Source: a bacterium (GTDB lineage Bacteria; SZUA-182; DTGQ01). Taken from it: a stretch of 28,188 nt of DNA. Under the pieces are notes generated by a model. It ran no database searches. It was not told where the DNA came from and worked only from the letters and a program-made list of their open reading frames with translations. Made by a program: the position numbers and the translations under genes. The stretch covers positions 1 to 28,188 of the forward strand of contig JBFMGO010000082.1 in assembly GCA_040752695.1 (NCBI GenBank). Reading direction: 5' to 3'. The stretch's first letter is position 1; every line of letters starts with the position of its first letter. Shown here in pieces: positions 9,851-19,218 of the stretch.

Positions 9851-11086
9851 ATGCGGTACAATATCCGATATCTTGCCTGCTGTCCGGCTCGTGCAGTGCA
9901 GGCCAATGCTGTGATGGAAATGTCAAAAAAAGCTGTTAAAATCCGGGGTGTTTACAGTACCGCTCTGACCCGCTTCCTTATGGACCATGAATATACCATT
10001 GTTCAGCCATCCATCCAGATTCAGGAGCGCTTCAGGCTTTCGCAAAAGGACATGGACAGGGCGGGGAATCGCAGTGCGGATATCCTGATCCATGACAGGG
10101 AAGATCACCAGGGAGTGCGGATTGGGGCCGACAAAAAGCATGCTGCCCGGATAATTTCCCTGTTCAGAGACCATTTTCTTGATATGGTGGTGCGGCCGGG
10201 TGAATACGGACAGGGAAGGAGGGGAAGGAGGAACCTGGAGCAGGCACAACGGGGAAAAATGGGGGAGGTTGCAGAGAGGAAAACAGACGAGGAAGTGCAG
10301 GAGGAAGGGGAAAGTAAAGTGCAAGAGAGAGTGGAAAAAGAAGCGCAAGAAGGAGTGCAAGAGGCGATGGAGATTGAAGTTGAATTTCCCGGAGCATCAA
10401 AAGCACACCTCGATGCTATCAGAGCCAGGGTCATTCCAACCGTAAAGGACCATCACCATCTTAAGATTATTGCCTCTTCACGGGTTGAACTGGCGGAAAG
10501 CCAGATCCAGTGTTTTCCTTCGGCCAGGGCTGAACTGGAAAAAAAACTTCGGGAGGATGTCCTTCTCGGTCCCATGAGGCAGGGATGCTTGATCGGACTG
10601 GTTCATGTCCACCCTGAGGGAGAGGAGCTTTCACTTCGAGAAGGAAAAATCCTCTCGTTGGAAAATGGGCGACTGGTCATTTTAAGGGAATTTACCGGAA
10701 AAGATTGCAGACACGGCAAGGATAAAAATGGCCAAAATGGCCACTACGGCCGCTACGATGGTCTTAATCTTCCCATTGAAGAAGGAGACTACGGAATTAC
10801 CGAGGCCGTTGAGCATGCCTGGTTTTTAAGGCATACTTATTACTCCCGCGAAGGATCGGTTAAGGGCGTCTACTGGAATATCAATACTCCCATTGAATTT
10901 TATCCTGACCACATCCGCTATCTGGATCTTCATATCGATGTAATCCAAAAACCCGGGTTTTCCCCTCGGCTCATCGACCGGGAAAAGCTGGACAGGGCCG
11001 CAGCTAAAGGATTGATCAGCCCGGAACTGGCCCGGCAGGCTTACAGAGTGGCCGATTCCCTGCTCCGGATGATCGCTCGCCATTGA
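9851..11086 (+). CDS. FAU-1-like RNA-binding protein/ribonuclease (C-terminal DUF402)
   Basis: N-terminus VKIRGVYSTALTRFL...IVQPS..IQERF and C-terminus YDGLNLPIEEGDYGITE...YYSREGSVKGVYWNINTPIEFYPDHIRYLDLHIDV match archaeal FAU-1 motifs as I recall them. True start may be ATG 9914 or 9920. Confidence 0.85.
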   Translation: MRYNIRYLACCPARAVQANAVMEMSKKAVKIRGVYSTALTRFLMDHEYTIVQPSIQIQERFRLSQKDMDRAGNRSADILIHDREDHQGVRIGADKKHAARIISLFRDHFLDMVVRPGEYGQGRRGRRNLEQAQRGKMGEVAERKTDEEVQEEGESKVQERVEKEAQEGVQEAMEIEVEFPGASKAHLDAIRARVIPTVKDHHHLKIIASSRVELAESQIQCFPSARAELEKKLREDVLLGPMRQGCLIGLVHVHPEGEELSLREGKILSLENGRLVILREFTGKDCRHGKDKNGQNGHYGRYDGLNLPIEEGDYGITEAVEHAWFLRHTYYSREGSVKGVYWNINTPIEFYPDHIRYLDLHIDVIQKPGFSPRLIDREKLDRAAAKGLISPELARQAYRVADSLLRMIARH

Positions 11087-11174
11087 AAATCACTCTCGCC
11101 GCTTGATGGCTGAACTCCCTCCTTCTGATCCCTGCCTTTTGGCTTCTTCTTCCTCATGAGCAGCTTGACTGCCG

Positions 11175-12710
11175 TTAATCACTGGCTGCTCGCACCTCTT
11201 GGGGAGTCCCTGTTTCGAGAGAGCCAGTCTCCACTCTTTTTGGGGCCTGACTGCCCCGGCGCCTGCGGCGTCGTTTCTTCTTTACGGCAGTCCCTTCGAC
11301 GGGTGCAGTCTTTCGCCCTGCTTCTTCCGGTTTCCCCACGGCAACGACGAGCGCACGTTGAGCGTTTGCGGAACCAACGGCCCCATCGGTACTGGCTGGC
11401 ACAGGCTTTCTTCTGCTGTGGAATCTGCTGCGCTTGCGTTGATCCCCTTTTCGCTGCTCCTCTCTTTTGTGGTCACCTTTTCGTTGCTCCCCTCTTCTGT
11501 GGTCACCTTTGTGCTGCTCCCCTCTTCCTGGAGCTGGTTTACTCTTTTTCCTGGCAGGACGCTGGTAGCGCAGGAAGAGTTCATCATCAGCCCAGGACAC
11601 GGGAATTTTTCCTTTTATGAATTCCTCGATGTTTTCCAGGTGCAGGGCGCAATTCTCGCAAACCAGGCTGATGGCCTTCCCCGCGGCTCCGGCCCGGGCC
11701 GTACGGCCGATACGGTGGACATAATCTTCCCTGTCCTGGGGAAGGCAGTAATTGATGACATGAGTAACATCGTCGATGTGTATCCCGCGGGAGGCAACAT
11801 CCGTAGCCACCAGGATAGGGAGCTGGCCTCGCTTGAAGCTTTCCAGAATGCGCAACCGTTTTTTTTGCGGCAGATCGCCGGTAATCGCCTGAGCCTGATA
11901 GTGATTGGCTCTCAGCCAATCGGTAATCTGTTGCGCTTCGCGCCGGGTATTGGAAAAGATCATGGTCCGGTCGCAACCCATTTTCAGGATACCCAAAAGG
12001 AGACTGAATCGTTCATTTTCGCCTACGTGGTAAAGGCATTGTTCCACTCTGTCAACGGTCATCTGATCCGGATTGATCACGATTTTTTCAGGCATATTCA
12101 TGTGTTCGTAGGCCAGTTCCATGACACGGGTGGACAGGGTTGCTGAAAACAGCATGCTCTGCCGCTGATGGTATGGCGGAAGTTTTCGCATGATAAACCG
12201 GATATCACGAATAAATCCCATATCGAACATCCGGTCCGCCTCGTCCACCACCAGAACCTTGAGATGCTTCAGGCTGAACAGGTTCTGATTATAGTAATCA
12301 ATCAGTCGTCCCGGAGTGCCGATGATAATGTCTACTCCATTTTGTAAGATTTGTGCCTGCTTCTGATAATCAATCCCGCCGAAGATGGGGGCCATAGTTA
12401 ACCCTGTATACTGGCCAAGGGTCATGGCATCCGCGTGGATCTGGGCTACCAGTTCCCGGCTGGGAGCGATGATAAGAGCTCTGGCATGCTTTCGTTGTTC
12501 GGGAGGTGGCTGTTTTTCCAGAAGCCGGGCAAACAGGACGATTAAAAACGCTGCGGTCTTGCCGGTCCCTGTCTGCGCCTGACCGGCGACATCTTTTCCC
12601 TCTAAGGCCAGAGGGATCGTTGCCTCTTGGATCTGAGTGCATCTGGAAAAACCGGCAGATTCAATTCCTTTTAAAACGGCTTCCGGTAAGGTAAGTGATA
12701 AAAAGTCCAT
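11175..12710 (-). CDS. rhlB: DEAD-box RNA helicase, RhlB-like, with basic low-complexity tail
   Basis: DVAGQAQTGTGKTAAF, APSREL, GTPGRL, DEADRMFDMGF, QSMLFSATLS.RV.ELAYEHMN, HRIGRTARAG. Start placed at ATG 12710. Confidence 0.88.
   Translation of the reverse strand: MDFLSLTLPEAVLKGIESAGFSRCTQIQEATIPLALEGKDVAGQAQTGTGKTAAFLIVLFARLLEKQPPPEQRKHARALIIAPSRELVAQIHADAMTLGQYTGLTMAPIFGGIDYQKQAQILQNGVDIIIGTPGRLIDYYNQNLFSLKHLKVLVVDEADRMFDMGFIRDIRFIMRKLPPYHQRQSMLFSATLSTRVMELAYEHMNMPEKIVINPDQMTVDRVEQCLYHVGENERFSLLLGILKMGCDRTMIFSNTRREAQQITDWLRANHYQAQAITGDLPQKKRLRILESFKRGQLPILVATDVASRGIHIDDVTHVINYCLPQDREDYVHRIGRTARAGAAGKAISLVCENCALHLENIEEFIKGKIPVSWADDELFLRYQRPARKKSKPAPGRGEQHKGDHRRGEQRKGDHKREEQRKGDQRKRSRFHSRRKPVPASTDGAVGSANAQRALVVAVGKPEEAGRKTAPVEGTAVKKKRRRRRRGSQAPKRVETGSLETGTPQEVRAASD
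11444..11530 (-). repeat. Approximately three copies of a 30-bp in-frame tandem repeat in the helicase tail
   Basis: Encodes GEQHKGDHRR / GEQRKGDHKR / EEQRKGDQRK. Confidence 0.85.
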
Positions 12711-12765
12711 AAGAAATAAATAGTATCCTCTCGTAAAAAACATTCACACTTCTATAGATTTCCAT

Positions 12766-12794
12766 ATTATATGGGATAATTACAATCTTGTCAA
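12766..12794 (-). promoter_or_regulatory. Consensus sigma70 promoter of the helicase gene
   Basis: Minus strand reads TTGACA-17 bp-TATAAT, a perfect consensus, about 55 nt upstream of the ATG. Confidence 0.8.
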
Positions 12795-12923
12795 ACTCTT
12801 TACCTCATGATAAGGGATTCTCCGGCAGAAGGATACCGAAAAATTGAATCTCCTTAGCGGGGAGATCACTCATATTTGAGCAGATGAATAAGAAGGCGCC
12901 TCAGATTTTCCCCGCCACCCTCT

Positions 12924-13562
12924 TCAACGGCAATCGGTATGGAGTTCTTTATCTCTCCGGATCATGGGAGTATAGATAAGTGCCCGAAGAATGTCATCGG
13001 ATTCCCATGTCTCCTCGTAACCAAGGACTGCCACATAGTCCCCGCCCAGACTATAAGGATCCCAGAAATAGACAAAGTAGGTACCCGGCTCATCCAGGAT
13101 TTGGTCAAACTCAGGTCCCTGGTAGTAGCTCTTGCCACCGAAGGGTTCGTAAAATGTCGGACGATCCTCCTCCGGGTCATAATTCTCCACAACCACGGCT
13201 CCGCATCCAGGAGGTATATCAACCGGCACGGTATATCCAGGTTCTGGCAGCCCTGGTCCGACAATCGCAAACCAGGGAAGAAACTTTTTGTACCGGTCGC
13301 ATTCAGGCACTAAAGATTGGATAAAAACCCTGACAGGCGCCGTTAATTCAAAGGTATATACATCGATGTCCTCTGTATAGCTGTCTTCGAACTTGAGCCA
13401 GGCATAGACGGCAATTGACTGCTCGATTGATTTGCGAACTTTGAAAGGCTGCTCCTGGGTAAAATCCCTGTGTTCGAAGTATGGGACGTGAGCAAAGACT
13501 TCAACCCGGCTTAGAGAAATAGACATCGCCAGTACAGCCACAGCCAAAAACAATCTTTTCAT
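12924..13562 (-). CDS. Secreted hypothetical protein
   Basis: Signal peptide MKRLFLAVAVLAMSISLSRVEVFA/HVPYFE from ATG 13562; globular-looking sequence (DIDVYTF, FAIVGPGLP, FYEPFGG..Y, GDYVAVLGYEE). No function recognised. Confidence 0.75.
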   Translation of the reverse strand: MKRLFLAVAVLAMSISLSRVEVFAHVPYFEHRDFTQEQPFKVRKSIEQSIAVYAWLKFEDSYTEDIDVYTFELTAPVRVFIQSLVPECDRYKKFLPWFAIVGPGLPEPGYTVPVDIPPGCGAVVVENYDPEEDRPTFYEPFGGKSYYQGPEFDQILDEPGTYFVYFWDPYSLGGDYVAVLGYEETWESDDILRALIYTPMIRRDKELHTDCR

Positions 13563-13707
13563 TTTTCTTCTCTCTTTCAGGTTTTTCGTTTCCTTACAGG
13601 CTCTTCCTCGATAATATGATTTTTCATTTGGTTTTCTTGTCTTGGAAGTCGGCCATTTTAGAAAAAATCGCCACAGGTAAAGAGACTTTTTCATAATTCA
13701 CTTTTTC

Positions 13708-13736
13708 TTGACTATTCATATTAAGTTTGGTATACT
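13708..13736 (+). promoter_or_regulatory. Candidate sigma70 promoter reading into the AT-rich patch
   Basis: TTGACT-17 bp-TATACT followed by a purine-rich RBS-like stretch. Confidence 0.5.
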
Positions 13737-14412
13737 CAAAAAAGGATAGGGGAAAAATTGTATTTAATAATTTTAAATATAATTTTTTTATATGCGTTTA
13801 GGAGCAATGCTGTAATAATTCTCATCAATTAATTTGATCCAACTAAAACTCATTTTAGATCTTATTCCTTTTCAATTAATTATAATTATTTTTGGCTTAT
13901 CTATGGATTTAATGTTGTTAATAATACGTTTTATTCTATAAGTATATGTCTAATAATAGAAAGATTAGAACATAAGCCAATCTTGGACAAGGTCCTGGAT
14001 GCCCACTTTCACGGGAATAACGGCATTTGAGGCTCTTAAGGGGTGTGTTACCTGCCATATTATGAATGAAAAATTTTTTAAGGAAGCACGTAAAAAGTTA
14101 GGGAGAATATATCCTGCAATCGTCGATAGATAATAGAGTTTAATAATAACGTAACAGAAAGAAGGAAGAAAAAGGAGGTGCTGTAATTATGAAGAAATAA
14201 TAGGTCGAGTGTTATACCATTTTTCTAATTAAAATACAGCATTAAGTAAGGCATCCCTAGTTTAGGGTTTCATGTGGCAATCGGATGTGCAATGCTATAT
14301 TTCAAAATCGCAATGGTGCTATTATTTCCTACTTCGTAATATCGCAATAGAACCGCTAAATTATCTCATTACTATTACTATTGAACCGTACATTAAAAAA
14401 AGGAGTACACAT

Positions 14413-14694
14413 TTGAATACAAACTCAATCCTACTACAGACAAATTTACCCTTACTAGATACAGATCCAGTATTACTACAAACAAACTTATTAAAGACAA
14501 AATGGAGCTCGTCCATAGCTGCGGGCCTGTTATTATTACTCCCAGGTGGAGGACAGATTTATAGAGGTAGAATTATTACCGGCTTTTTATGGACATTTTT
14601 TACTGCTATAGGATACAGTACTTATATTATACCAGGGATAATCCTACATCTAATCAGCATTTCATTTATCAATGGAAACCCACTAAAGGGGTAA
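14413..14694 (+). CDS. Small membrane protein with TM2-like PGGGQIY.GR..G motif
   Basis: AGGAG at 14401 precedes in-frame TTG 14413; hydrophobic segments around LLPGGGQIYRGRIITGFLW. Confidence 0.5.
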   Translation: MNTNSILLQTNLPLLDTDPVLLQTNLLKTKWSSSIAAGLLLLLPGGGQIYRGRIITGFLWTFFTAIGYSTYIIPGIILHLISISFINGNPLKG

Positions 14695-14747
14695 AAGATT
14701 CCGTCAAGATTAAAGTTTTTATTAAGTAGTTATTGCAAAATTAATTG

Positions 14748-15272
14748 CTAAGTCAATTTTATTCTAGTGAAAAAGCTCTGAAACTTCCTCCAGGGCTTTT
14801 TTAAATTTGGGGGTAAGAGCGGTTTGCGACAGGGGATATCGTCGGGCAGACAGATGCCGGTTTTGTCCCGGATGGTTTTGTCCAATTCTCTGGGTTCTGG
14901 GATAGTTTGGTAAGATAATTGCCCATCGGAGGATACCACTTCAATGGAGCAGATGGAGGCAAGTTCTTTGATGCCCTCTTCAACAGTCACATCAACATCA
15001 TACCAAAGCCTTCTGAGCCGATAGGCAAGCAGATAGGCGAGCATGATGATAAATACATGGGCGCGGGTACGATTAACTTTACGAACAAAGATTGCTCTCA
15101 TTTCCAAAAGAGTGGCTTTCATAGTGCGAAAGGCAAATTCAACTTCGGTCAAATCTTTATAGCGGCTATGAATCGTCTGGGGGGAAGCGCTATCTGCTGA
15201 TAGATCCGTTTTGATAACATAGCTTCCATCCATCCGAGCCTCATCATTTCTCTTATCAGGTTTAACCTCCAC
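14748..15272 (-). mobile_element. Truncated IS1634-family (IS4-like DDE) transposase remnant
   Basis: DGSYVIKTDL...RYKDLTEVEFAFRTMK..LEMRAIFVR...RTRAHVFIIMLAY is the C-terminal catalytic part; an in-frame stop lies two codons upstream, so the N-terminal part is missing. Confidence 0.8.
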
Positions 15273-15480
15273 TGTTTACGCAGTACATAACATCAAAAAG
15301 GTAGTGAGAGCAGTTCTGAGAAAAACAGTGTATCTTGGCATGAGGCCAGTACCTCAAACCGGATAACTAAGAGGTTCCTCCAACTCTCAGCCCCATGCAT
15401 CCAGCATCCCTAAGCATAATTACCACTTGACTTTACGGCATCCTTAATTAATATAGGAAGAAAAGGAAGGAAGTGTAATC

Positions 15481-16281
15481 ATGAATGAACAGAGAGTCAA
15501 GAAACAAGAAGTTGTCCAGGGTATGCTCAGGGAGATCGCACGTGCGGCGATCCTTTTTTCCGGAGGCGTTGACAGCTCGCTGGTCTTGAAACTGGCCAGT
15601 GAAGTTTTGAAAGAGAACATTCTGGCCATAACCATCGATTCTCCTTTTATCTCCCGCCAGGAAATCGATGAGGCCAGGAAACTGGCCGGAATAATCGGCG
15701 TTGAGCATATCGTTGTCTCGATTGATATGCTCAACGATCCGGATCTTATCATTAATCCGGTTGAGCGGTGCTACCTATGTAAAAAGAAAATATTCTCTCT
15801 GGCCAAAAGAATTGCGGATCAAAGAGGATTGGCCTGTGTAGTCGATGGTACGAATGACCAGGATTCCAAACTTCCCCGGCCGGGTCTTCGGGCAGCCGAA
15901 GAATCGGGTGTCAGGAGCCCGTTGCGGGAGGGGGGATTCCAAAAAGATGATGTCCGGCTCCTGGCGAAGGAACTTGGCCTGCCGAACTGGAACAAACCCT
16001 CGAACTCTTGTCTGGCTACGAGGTTTCCCTTTGGGGAAATCCTGACCAGGGATAATCTGCGGCGTATTGAACAGGGCGAGCGGCTCTTGCGTGAATTCGG
16101 GCTGTCCTGTTTTCGGCTTCGCTATCACGGCAAGATGGGCACATCGGGCAATCTGGCCCGGATTCATGCCTCTTACCAGGACCAGAAAGCTGTCATCGAG
16201 AAGGGGTCGCAGATAGCAAAGATACTCAAAGAGGTCGGTTTTGCCACAGTGACTCTGGACATTGAGGAATATTACCCATGA
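15481..16281 (+). CDS. larE: ATP-dependent sulfur insertase LarE family
   Basis: PP-loop FSGGVDS, NPVERCYLCKK, DGTN..D....RPGLRAAEE.GVRSPL, WNKPSNSCLATRFPFG. Confidence 0.88.
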   Translation: MNEQRVKKQEVVQGMLREIARAAILFSGGVDSSLVLKLASEVLKENILAITIDSPFISRQEIDEARKLAGIIGVEHIVVSIDMLNDPDLIINPVERCYLCKKKIFSLAKRIADQRGLACVVDGTNDQDSKLPRPGLRAAEESGVRSPLREGGFQKDDVRLLAKELGLPNWNKPSNSCLATRFPFGEILTRDNLRRIEQGERLLREFGLSCFRLRYHGKMGTSGNLARIHASYQDQKAVIEKGSQIAKILKEVGFATVTLDIEEYYP

Positions 16282-16340
16282 GGTGAGAAGATGCCCTTCG
16301 TATGAGTGACTTTGATCCAAAAATCCGAGCTATTTGGATA

Positions 16341-16436
16341 ATTGATATGGCAAAGCAGGTTTAAGGGCCCGTTTGAAAAACAGGCTCCATTGATATGGCA
16401 GAGCAGATTTAAAAGCCTGTTTGAAAAACAGGCTCT
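16341..16436. repeat. Two imperfect 48-bp tandem copies, each containing a gcc(c/t)gtttgaaaaacaggc palindrome
   Basis: attgatatggca..gtttgaaaaacaggctc at 16341-16388 and 16389-16436. Confidence 0.85.
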
Positions 16437-16471
16437 TTAGGATTTGTTAAGGGCTTAAGGAGTAAGATGAG

Positions 16472-18034
16472 GTGTTGAGAAGGATATTGACCCCTGGGCG
16501 CAATTGCTGGGGCATCTTTGATGTTCGAAAGACCGGGCTCCTGGTTGATGCCCGCGATTATTATCGGGCCTTCTATCACGCGGCAGAAGAGGCACAGCGC
16601 TATATTCTGATTACCGGCTGGCAATTTGACAGTGAAGTGGAATTGCTTCGGGGAGATGACAAAAAAGGAGCTGATCAGGAAGTCCGGTTCTATCCTTTTC
16701 TCAAGACTCTTTGTGAGCGAAACCCCGTGCTGGAAATCTACATTCTCGCCTGGGATTTCAGTATTGTCTACCTCTTGACGAGAGAATGGTTTCAGCAGTG
16801 GCGATTCACCTGGGGGGCCAGCAGCCAGATCAAATTCCATTTTGATGCCCATCATCCCATAGGTGCCAGCCATCACCAGAAATTTGTTGTGGTGGACGGC
16901 TCCATAGCCTTTGTCGGAGGGATGGACATCTGCTCCAGCCGATGGGACGACCGCCGGCATCTGGCTGACCACCCGGACCGTAGAAACCTGGATCAGAAGC
17001 CGTATGAGCCTGTTCATGATATTCAATCCTATCATATAGGGCGGGCGGTAGCCGGGCAGTTAGTCGAATTGTTCAAGATTCGCTGGCAGCGTTCCGGCGG
17101 AGGCGTTCTCGACCTCCCTCCACCGCTGGAAAATCCTTACTTCAAGATTGACCAGGGCATCAGCATCGTTGCTGAACAGGTAGCCCTCAGCCAAACGCAG
17201 GGGAAGAGTGTTTTCCCGATTCAGGAGTCCATTCAGGAGATCCGCAGCCTCTATATTGATGCCATTCATGCCGCCGAGAGGCTGATTTATATCGAAAATC
17301 AGTACTTCAGTTCCCAGGCGGTCTACACGGCCCTGATAGAGCGGATGGCGGACCCGGACCGCAGCAGGCTGGCAATCGTCATAATCGTGCCTGACCGGAT
17401 GCATGCGTTCTTTGAGGAGATCGGTATGGGAATCGCGCAGGTAAAGATGCTCCGCTCACTCGCCGAGGTGGCATCCCGGAATGGTCACCTTTTGGGTATC
17501 TTCTACCCTGCATCCAGCACTCAGAACGGCAGGGAGATTTCGACCTATGTCCATGCCAAGCTTTTGCTCATTGATGATCGCTTCCTGACCGTAGGCTCGG
17601 CCAATATCGCCAACCGGAGCATGGGACTTGATTCTGAACTCAATGTCTCCTGGGAGGCCACTTCCGCAAGACAGGGTCAGCTTATCCGTTCGATTCGTCA
17701 GGCCCGCATTGACCTCTTGGCCGAGCACACCGCTGTGCTTGCGCCAGAGCACCGACGCGACCTGGGCAGGGTGCGAAGACTCGTGGATAACCTTAACAGC
17801 CTGGCTGACAGCTCACGGTGCCGGTTGCAGCACCATAAAATGGAAAAATCCTACCACGATGGCGAATGGGTGTCATCCCTCAATCTTGACAGCATTTTTT
17901 TCGATCCGGAAAAGCCGATCATCGAGGAGAACATCTACGAACTTATGACGTATGATCAAAACAGCCTGTTCGCCAGAGGAATTACGTTCCTGAACAACTG
18001 GCTGTTCAGTAAAGAAAAAGCTCAGGATAAATAA
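16472..18034 (+). CDS. Phospholipase D-family protein
   Basis: Two HKD motifs (HHQKFVVVD, VHAKLLLIDD), IYIENQYF, GSANIANRSMGLDSELN. Confidence 0.9.
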   Translation: MLRRILTPGRNCWGIFDVRKTGLLVDARDYYRAFYHAAEEAQRYILITGWQFDSEVELLRGDDKKGADQEVRFYPFLKTLCERNPVLEIYILAWDFSIVYLLTREWFQQWRFTWGASSQIKFHFDAHHPIGASHHQKFVVVDGSIAFVGGMDICSSRWDDRRHLADHPDRRNLDQKPYEPVHDIQSYHIGRAVAGQLVELFKIRWQRSGGGVLDLPPPLENPYFKIDQGISIVAEQVALSQTQGKSVFPIQESIQEIRSLYIDAIHAAERLIYIENQYFSSQAVYTALIERMADPDRSRLAIVIIVPDRMHAFFEEIGMGIAQVKMLRSLAEVASRNGHLLGIFYPASSTQNGREISTYVHAKLLLIDDRFLTVGSANIANRSMGLDSELNVSWEATSARQGQLIRSIRQARIDLLAEHTAVLAPEHRRDLGRVRRLVDNLNSLADSSRCRLQHHKMEKSYHDGEWVSSLNLDSIFFDPEKPIIEENIYELMTYDQNSLFARGITFLNNWLFSKEKAQDK

Positions 18035-18191
18035 GACAGCAGGTCAAATAAGACAAGTGCCTTTCTCAACGGATGCCAAAAAACAAGTCATCTTCAACCT
18101 CAGTATCTTTTTAACAGGACTCAAAGGAAATGAAAAAGTTGTTGAAGTATAAATAGTTAAGTCCTATAATGGAGATTAGGAGGTGATAGTG

Positions 18192-18644
18192 ATGAGCACT
18201 ATGACCGGACTGGACGTTTTTGATACCACAGTTCATAAGGTGAATGCCTGGCTCAGGGACGTCATGGATGAGCTCGGATGGGAGGATCGACATAAAGCCT
18301 ATCTCGCTTTGCGCGCCACCTTGCACGCTCTTCGAGACAGACTTATGCCGAATGAGGCGGTAGAGCTTGCAGCACAGCTTCCCATGCTGCTTCGCGGTAT
18401 CTATTACGAAGGCTGGCAGCCGAGCAAGACACCGAACAAGAAACGGCATAAGGAAGAGTTTCTGGCCAGCATCCTCAGCTACTTCGAAACCGATCCTGAC
18501 GTGGATCCCGAGGAAATCGCCAGGGCGGTCTTCAGGGTACTCACCAGGAGAATCTCTTCTGGTGAAATCCAGGATGTCAAGCACCTCTTCCCGGCAGAAC
18601 TGCGGGAATTGTGGTCTGAAATGCCGAAGTCGATGTACGCTTAA
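18192..18644 (+). CDS. DUF2267-family protein
   Basis: GLDVFDTTVHKVNAWL..AYLALRATLHALRDRL..LAAQLPMLLRGIYYEGW..LRELW; GGAGG RBS upstream. Confidence 0.85.
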   Translation: MSTMTGLDVFDTTVHKVNAWLRDVMDELGWEDRHKAYLALRATLHALRDRLMPNEAVELAAQLPMLLRGIYYEGWQPSKTPNKKRHKEEFLASILSYFETDPDVDPEEIARAVFRVLTRRISSGEIQDVKHLFPAELRELWSEMPKSMYA

Positions 18645-18664
18645 GATCATGAGAAAAGCTGGAA

Positions 18665-18712
18665 AGCCCTGTGCATGAGGTTCGCCAAAGACCACCGCAC
18701 AGGGCTCTTTTT
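18665..18712 (+). terminator. Probable terminator
   Basis: agccctgtgc...gcacagggct stem (large loop) followed by a T run. Confidence 0.55.
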
Positions 18713-18873
18713 AAGCCGAAGCAAAAGGGTATATAAATTCTAAGCCGAAGCTTAATGTCAAAGAAATGTCCCCCTCTTACAAACGAAAAACATAAAATTA
18801 ACATATTATATAATTGTTAGCGGTTAAATGAGACATTTTCCTCATAATAAATTTTTATAGTATATTTTTTGTA

Positions 18874-18904
18874 TTGACACAGCGTAAGACTATAGGTATA
18901 TAAT
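18874..18904 (+). promoter_or_regulatory. Candidate sigma70 promoter for the porin/ior locus
   Basis: TTGACA-17 bp-TATATA (overlapping TATAAT), AT-rich upstream element. Confidence 0.55.
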
Positions 18905-19149
18905 TATGCAAAATGAACAATGGGATTCTGATGAAATGGTGATTTGTTGGAAGGCAGTCAAAGTAACCAGAGGAACCGGGAGCGTTCTTCAGTAAGTTAT
19001 TGAATCTCAACATAACAATCTTTAATTTTTTTCTATTCACAATTTTCCATACTGTGTTTTGCGACCTCAATCTTCCCCAGTTCTTTATTGTACTGAAGTA
19101 CCCCCCTGGTACAGGGAATACAGACATTTATAAAGAGTAAAAAAAACCA

Positions 19150-19218
19150 ATGACGGTTAAGCTGTCTTGTACGTATTATTATAGCCATGAGGTTCCTGAC
19201 GGGTTTCGCTGGCGTTGA
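19150..19218 (+). CDS. Putative leader peptide MTVKLSCTYYYSHEVPDGFRWR
   Basis: 22-aa ORF with three tandem TAT codons plus Phe and Trp, upstream of a hairpin at 19287-19308. SD sequence is weak. Confidence 0.35.
   Translation: MTVKLSCTYYYSHEVPDGFRWR

Noticed and set aside
16341..16436. CRISPR array
   Set aside because: Only two abutting units, no unique spacers and no cas genes.
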